From a bacterium (GTDB taxonomy: Bacteria; Acidobacteriota; Blastocatellia; HR10): a stretch of 22,655 nt of DNA. Where the stretch lies: the NCBI GenBank assembly GCA_041640655.1, contig JBEPZV010000037.1:1-22655 (forward strand). The letters are read 5' to 3'. Below, in pieces: positions 16,474-22,655 of the stretch. Each line of letters opens with the position of its first letter. The stretch's first letter is position 1. The notes beneath the pieces are model-generated. The model was not told where the DNA came from. It searched no databases and worked only from the letters and a program-made list of their open reading frames with translations. A program made the position numbers and the translations under genes.

Positions 16474-16979
16474 CGCGCATTTTCCTGGTCGGGTTCATGG
16501 GCGCGGGGAAGACGACGATCGGACGCCTCCTGGCCGAACGGCTCGGATACGCGTTCCTGGACCTCGATGAGTGGATCCAGCAGCAGGTGGGCCTTTCGAT
16601 CCGCGAGATCTTTGAGCGCATGGGCGAGGCCGCCTTCCGCGAGATGGAACGTCGCGCCTTACGCGGGCTTGAAGCGTGGGACGAGGTGGTCATCGCGCTC
16701 GGTGGGGGAGCGTTCGTGAGCGAGGAGAATCGCCGTCAGGTGCGGCGATTGGGCATCTCGATCTGGCTCGATTGTCCGCTGGAGGTCATTCTGGAACGGC
16801 TGGTGGGGACGACGGATCGTCCCCTTTATCGTTCGGCCGAACAGCTGCGGGAGCTCTGGCGCGCGCGCCGTCCGGCCTATGAGCAAGCCGATCTGCGGGT
16901 GGAGACCGGACGACTGACGCCGGAGGCAATCGTTGAGGAGATCCTTCGCCGCTTGCCCCTTCGCCCGCGACGCTCATGA
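16470..16979 (+). CDS. aroK: Shikimate kinase
   Basis: LVGFMGAGKTT P-loop, DLD, GEAAFREME, LGGG, RPL. ATG 16470 overlaps the aroA TGA. Confidence 0.96.
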   Translation: MTRIFLVGFMGAGKTTIGRLLAERLGYAFLDLDEWIQQQVGLSIREIFERMGEAAFREMERRALRGLEAWDEVVIALGGGAFVSEENRRQVRRLGISIWLDCPLEVILERLVGTTDRPLYRSAEQLRELWRARRPAYEQADLRVETGRLTPEAIVEEILRRLPLRPRRS

Positions 16980-16995
16980 GACCGCGCCGAGTGGG

Positions 16996-18129
16996 TCATG
17001 GACACGAGGGTGCGGGTCGCGCCGTGGCAGAGAGGACCTCTTCGTAAAGCCCCAGGACGGCGCGCGCCATCTGCTGACGGGTGAAGCGCGCGCGCACATA
17101 TTGGTGGGCCGCCTCTCCCATGCGCCGGCGAAGTGCTTCATCTTCGAGCACGCGATTCACGGCTTCGGCCAGGGCGTCGGCGCTCGAGGGGGGGACGAGC
17201 AATCCGGTCACGCCGTGCTGATTCACCCAAGAGACGCCGGTCGGAAGCTGCGTGCTGATGACGGGCTTCCCCGAGGCCATTGCTTCCAATTGGACGATCC
17301 CGAAGGTCTCGCTCGCGTGGATGGATGGAAGAACCAGCACATCGCACGCGTGATAATAGGCCACGAGCTGGTCCTGCGCGACCTCACCGAGGAAGACGAC
17401 CCGTCCCTCCAATCCGAGAGCGCGGACGCGCCGTCGCAAGGCGCGCTCGCGCGGGCCGCGTCCGATGATGAGCAGACGCGCCGGAATGCGCGGCATGGCG
17501 TCAATCAGATGTTCGACGCCCTTGTAGTACACGAGCCGGCCGACGAAGAGGACGATCCGCGGTCCCCATTTGGCGCGCAACGCTTCGACCTGAGGGCGCA
17601 GCGCCTGGTCGAGCTGAAAGCGCGCCACATCAATCCCGAAGGGGATGACGATGCATTTCCCTCGATAGGGGCGAAGCGTCGGGAAGTCCAGATGCTGGGG
17701 CGCGGCGACGATGATCCGATCCGCGCGCCGCAGAAGGCGCTCGCGGAGCGGGCTGTAGACATGCCGCAGCACGCGTTGTCGAATGACTTCGCTGTGGAAG
17801 GAGACGATCACGCGCGCCGGCGGATTCGCGACGAGCACGGCGAACGTGGCTATGGGATTGGGTTCGTGCACGTGCAGGATGTCGGCGCGGGAGTCGGCCA
17901 GCAGGCGCGGGAGTGAGGGACAGATGGGCGCGGAGGCGATCTGCCCCCATCGGGCGACGCGCGTCACGCGCACGCCGTTGATGACGTCGGTCACCGTCTT
18001 CGGTCGCGTGTTGGCGACCAGGACCTGCAGATCAACGTGCCGGCAGAGCTCCTCGCACAGATGCTGCAGGACCGCCTCCATGCCGCCGGGGACGGGGGCG
18101 TAGAATTTTCCAACTTGCACGACCCGCAC
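16996..18129 (-). CDS. Glycosyltransferase family 4
   Basis: KFYAPVPGGME, HVHEPNP, FVGRLVYYKG, ETFGIVQLEAMASGKPVI (E-x7-E). Confidence 0.93.
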   Translation of the reverse strand: MRVVQVGKFYAPVPGGMEAVLQHLCEELCRHVDLQVLVANTRPKTVTDVINGVRVTRVARWGQIASAPICPSLPRLLADSRADILHVHEPNPIATFAVLVANPPARVIVSFHSEVIRQRVLRHVYSPLRERLLRRADRIIVAAPQHLDFPTLRPYRGKCIVIPFGIDVARFQLDQALRPQVEALRAKWGPRIVLFVGRLVYYKGVEHLIDAMPRIPARLLIIGRGPRERALRRRVRALGLEGRVVFLGEVAQDQLVAYYHACDVLVLPSIHASETFGIVQLEAMASGKPVISTQLPTGVSWVNQHGVTGLLVPPSSADALAEAVNRVLEDEALRRRMGEAAHQYVRARFTRQQMARAVLGLYEEVLSATARPAPSCP

Positions 18130-18156
18130 CGCCTCAATCCTTTAGCCGCGCGGCGA

Positions 18157-20259
<2,103 letters not shown>

Positions 20260-20303
20260 GAAGGCCTCCTCGTTCTCGCCCAGCGTTGAGGCGGCGCCCA
20301 CGT

Positions 20304-21377
20304 TCACACCTTCTCCGCGAGGGCGGGCACGATGACCTCCTCGAACGCCCGCTGCAACGCCGGGAAGCGTCCGAGCCGGGAGAGGACGCGCGCAGCCCGC
20401 TGCAGCGCTCGGGGAATATACGGGATGTACACGGGGTTGCCGAGAACGGCCGTTTGATACGCGTACGTACCCGTCGCCTTCAAGAGCCGCTGCAGCAGCA
20501 TCAGGTCCAGCTCACCTCGAAAGGCCCGGCAGCGCGCGGAGGACCACGCCGCATCCGCCCGCGCTTTCTCCTCGAGGAAGAATGCGATCATCTCCTCGAT
20601 GAGCGCGTCCTCCAGCTCCACGTACGGATCGCCGAGCAGTGAGGCCACGTCGTAGCTCGGCGGTCCCAGGCGCGCATCCTGATGGTCAATGATGTAGAGT
20701 CGGCCCCGATGCCACATCAGGTTGCGCGAGTGAAAATCCCGATGCGTCAGTACGCGCGGGATCGCCGCCAATGCCGCCGCGATCTCCCGAAATTCCTCGT
20801 GAAGGCGCTCCCGGTGCTCCGCCTCGAGCGAGAGGCCGAGATACTTCTCGAAGAAGTTCGTGAAGAAGAAGCGCAGCTCTCCGTCGAGCTTCTCCACGTC
20901 GAAGGCCAGGCGCGCCGCTACGGATCCGCACTCCTGAGCCAGACGCGTGGCGTCTTGAATCCGGAGGATCAATCGGACGGCCTCTCGATAGGCGGATCGT
21001 CGCGCTTCGGGTTCCGCCGTGGCGAGCCAATCTTGAAGTCGAACGTCGCCGAGGTCTTCCAGAAGCATCAACGCTTGCTCGCCGTCGGCATCGAAGATGC
21101 TGGGCACGGGCAATCCGGCTTTGAGAAAGAGCGCCGTCACGTCGCAATAAGGATGCGTGGCCGGATCGAACGGCTCGGGATAGCGCGCGACGACATACCG
21201 GCGCTCGTCCGGGAGGACGATGCGGAAGTATTGTCGCATCGAGGCATCGCCCGCCAGCCTCCTGGCGCGAACGGCGCTCGCCGGCAGGCCGAAGACGCGC
21301 GCGGCATACGCGCGTACGACGTCCTCGATATGATCAACGGTCGGCTCGCCTTCCCTGCGCTCGTTCTGATCGGACAT
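20304..21377 (-). CDS. APH/choline kinase family phosphotransferase, AmgK (anomeric MurNAc/GlcNAc kinase)-like
   Basis: [47 protein letters not shown]. The ORF-track upstream extension is antisense to hutI. Confidence 0.85.
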   Translation of the reverse strand: MSDQNERREGEPTVDHIEDVVRAYAARVFGLPASAVRARRLAGDASMRQYFRIVLPDERRYVVARYPEPFDPATHPYCDVTALFLKAGLPVPSIFDADGEQALMLLEDLGDVRLQDWLATAEPEARRSAYREAVRLILRIQDATRLAQECGSVAARLAFDVEKLDGELRFFFTNFFEKYLGLSLEAEHRERLHEEFREIAAALAAIPRVLTHRDFHSRNLMWHRGRLYIIDHQDARLGPPSYDVASLLGDPYVELEDALIEEMIAFFLEEKARADAAWSSARCRAFRGELDLMLLQRLLKATGTYAYQTAVLGNPVYIPYIPRALQRAARVLSRLGRFPALQRAFEEVIVPALAEKV

Positions 21378-21388
21378 GATCGCATGGC

Positions 21389-21417
21389 AGTATACCGGAT
21401 CGCGGTGCGCCGCGCAA
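21389..21417 (-). promoter_or_regulatory. Sigma70-like promoter for kinase-YyaL-GT4
   Basis: Minus strand TTGCGC-17 nt-TATACT, only 11 nt before ATG 21377. Confidence 0.65.
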
Positions 21418-21458
21418 AGACATCTCCGGTCGAGGGCCAATATGCGCTCGACGAGCAG

Positions 21459-21487
21459 TTGCCGCGCCCTCGGAAGAGAGCTAGCCT
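21459..21487 (+). promoter_or_regulatory. Possible sigma70-like promoter for hutI
   Basis: TTGCCG-17 nt-TAGCCT upstream of ATG 21543. Confidence 0.5.
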
Positions 21488-21542
21488 TAGAGAGGCTCGC
21501 GAAGGAGATGTCCGTTCGCAGCGCGCCGGGAGGGGAGAAGCG

Positions 21543-22655
21543 ATGCGTGAACAGGGAGCGCCCAGGTCTCGACCGCTGTTCCTTCATTCCGCGGCTCAAG
21601 TGGTGACGCTCGCCGGGCCGCCCCGACCGCGCATCGGTCGGGAACTCGAGGAGTTGGGAGTGATCGAAAACGGCGCCGTGTTCATCGAAGACGGCGTCAT
21701 CACCGCCGTCGGACCGACGGAGGAGGTCACCGCCAGGCTCCCGGACGACGTGCAGCGATGGGACGCGCGCGGTATGGTCGTGCTGCCGGGATTCGTGGAT
21801 GCGCATACGCACCTGGTCTTCGCCGGCGATCGCGTGCAGGAGTTCGAGTGGAGAACGCGCGGCCTGAGCTATGCGGAGATCGCGCGCCGAGGGGGAGGAA
21901 TCCGAACGACCGTACGCCAGACGCGCGCCGCCTCGGAGGACGAACTGGTGACCGTGGCGCGCCGCCACCTGCGCTGGTTCCTCAAACACGGGACGACGAC
22001 GCTCGAGGCCAAGAGCGGATACGGATTGAGCCGGGATGAGGAGTTGAAAATCCTGCGCGTGATCCGACGCCTTCGTGAGGAGGGTCCGGTGGAGATCGTC
22101 CCCACCCTGCTGGCCGCTCATGTCGTCCCTGATGAGTACGCCGCGGATCGGTCAGCCTATGTTCGAATGATCGTCGAAGAGCTTCTGCCGGAGGTCGCGC
22201 GCGAGGGCCTGGCGGAGTATCACGACGTGTTTTGCGACGAGGGCGCCTTCACCGTGGAGGAGGCGCGGGCGCTGATGAGAGCCGCTCGCGCTCACGGGTT
22301 GAAGCTGCGCGTGCACGCGGAGCAATGGACCCGCTCGGGCGCCGCGCGATTGGCGGCCGAACTGCGCGCGCAGACGGTGGACCATCTGGAGAAGATCGCG
22401 GAGGAAGACATCGCGGCGCTCGCCGAGGCAGGGGTGATGGCCGTCCTGCTTCCCGGCGCATGTTTTCATCTCGGTCGCCGGGAGTATCCGCCGGCGCGAA
22501 AGCTCATCGAAGCGGGCGTCCCCGTGGCCCTGGCCACCGACTTCAATCCCGGCACCTCACCCACGCCGAGCATGCCCATGATCCTCGCGCTCGCCTGCAC
22601 GCAGATGCAGATGACGCCCGCCGAAGCCATCACGGCCGCGACGATCAATGCCGCC
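21543..22655 (+). CDS. hutI: Imidazolonepropionase (partial, runs off window)
   Basis: Manual translation from ATG 21543: PGFVDAHTHLVFAGDR, GGGIRTTV, GTTTLEAKSGYGL, DVFCDEGAF, HAEQ, DHLE, ALATDFNPGTSP. Missing from the ORF track because no stop lies in the window. Confidence 0.95.
   Translation, partial: MREQGAPRSRPLFLHSAAQVVTLAGPPRPRIGRELEELGVIENGAVFIEDGVITAVGPTEEVTARLPDDVQRWDARGMVVLPGFVDAHTHLVFAGDRVQEFEWRTRGLSYAEIARRGGGIRTTVRQTRAASEDELVTVARRHLRWFLKHGTTTLEAKSGYGLSRDEELKILRVIRRLREEGPVEIVPTLLAAHVVPDEYAADRSAYVRMIVEELLPEVAREGLAEYHDVFCDEGAFTVEEARALMRAARAHGLKLRVHAEQWTRSGAARLAAELRAQTVDHLEKIAEEDIAALAEAGVMAVLLPGACFHLGRREYPPARKLIEAGVPVALATDFNPGTSPTPSMPMILALACTQMQMTPAEAITAATINAA

Noticed and set aside
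20304..21377. Aminoglycoside resistance gene
   Set aside because: [16 protein letters not shown] and IDHQDA match the AmgK-like branch, not APH resistance enzymes.
21378..22121. Apparent 248-aa N-terminal extension of the phosphotransferase (605-aa ORF)
   Set aside because: It is antisense to hutI, and a promoter lies at 21389-21417. The real start is ATG 21377.

Overview
High-GC, gene-dense bacterial chromosome segment made mostly of housekeeping genes. Gene content and protein style suggest an Acidobacteriota (Blastocatellia-like, possibly thermophilic) genome, which is inference only. Order: 3' end of an IHF/HU gene, HIT hydrolase, secreted TPR protein (+); yacG, TlpA-like redoxin, PEGA protein (-); PPOX-class oxidoreductase, Cys-rich Zn-finger-like protein, orphan OmpR-family regulator (+); ubiX-mqnP-mqnE, then hypothetical-bshA-nth-M24 peptidase (-); HExxH M3-like peptidase coupled to aroB (+); anti-sigma/STAS pair (-); aroA-aroK (+); AmgK-like kinase-YyaL-GT4 (-); 5' part of hutI (+). 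Several sigma70-like promoters are readable in the intergenic gaps. I saw no mobile element, CRISPR array, tRNA/rRNA or defence system. No novel system is demonstrated by the sequence alone. The best leads are the kinase-YyaL-GT4 unit, the structured leader plus Zn-finger gene plus orphan regulator, the unknown gene heading the bshA-nth unit, and the peptidase-aroB coupling.
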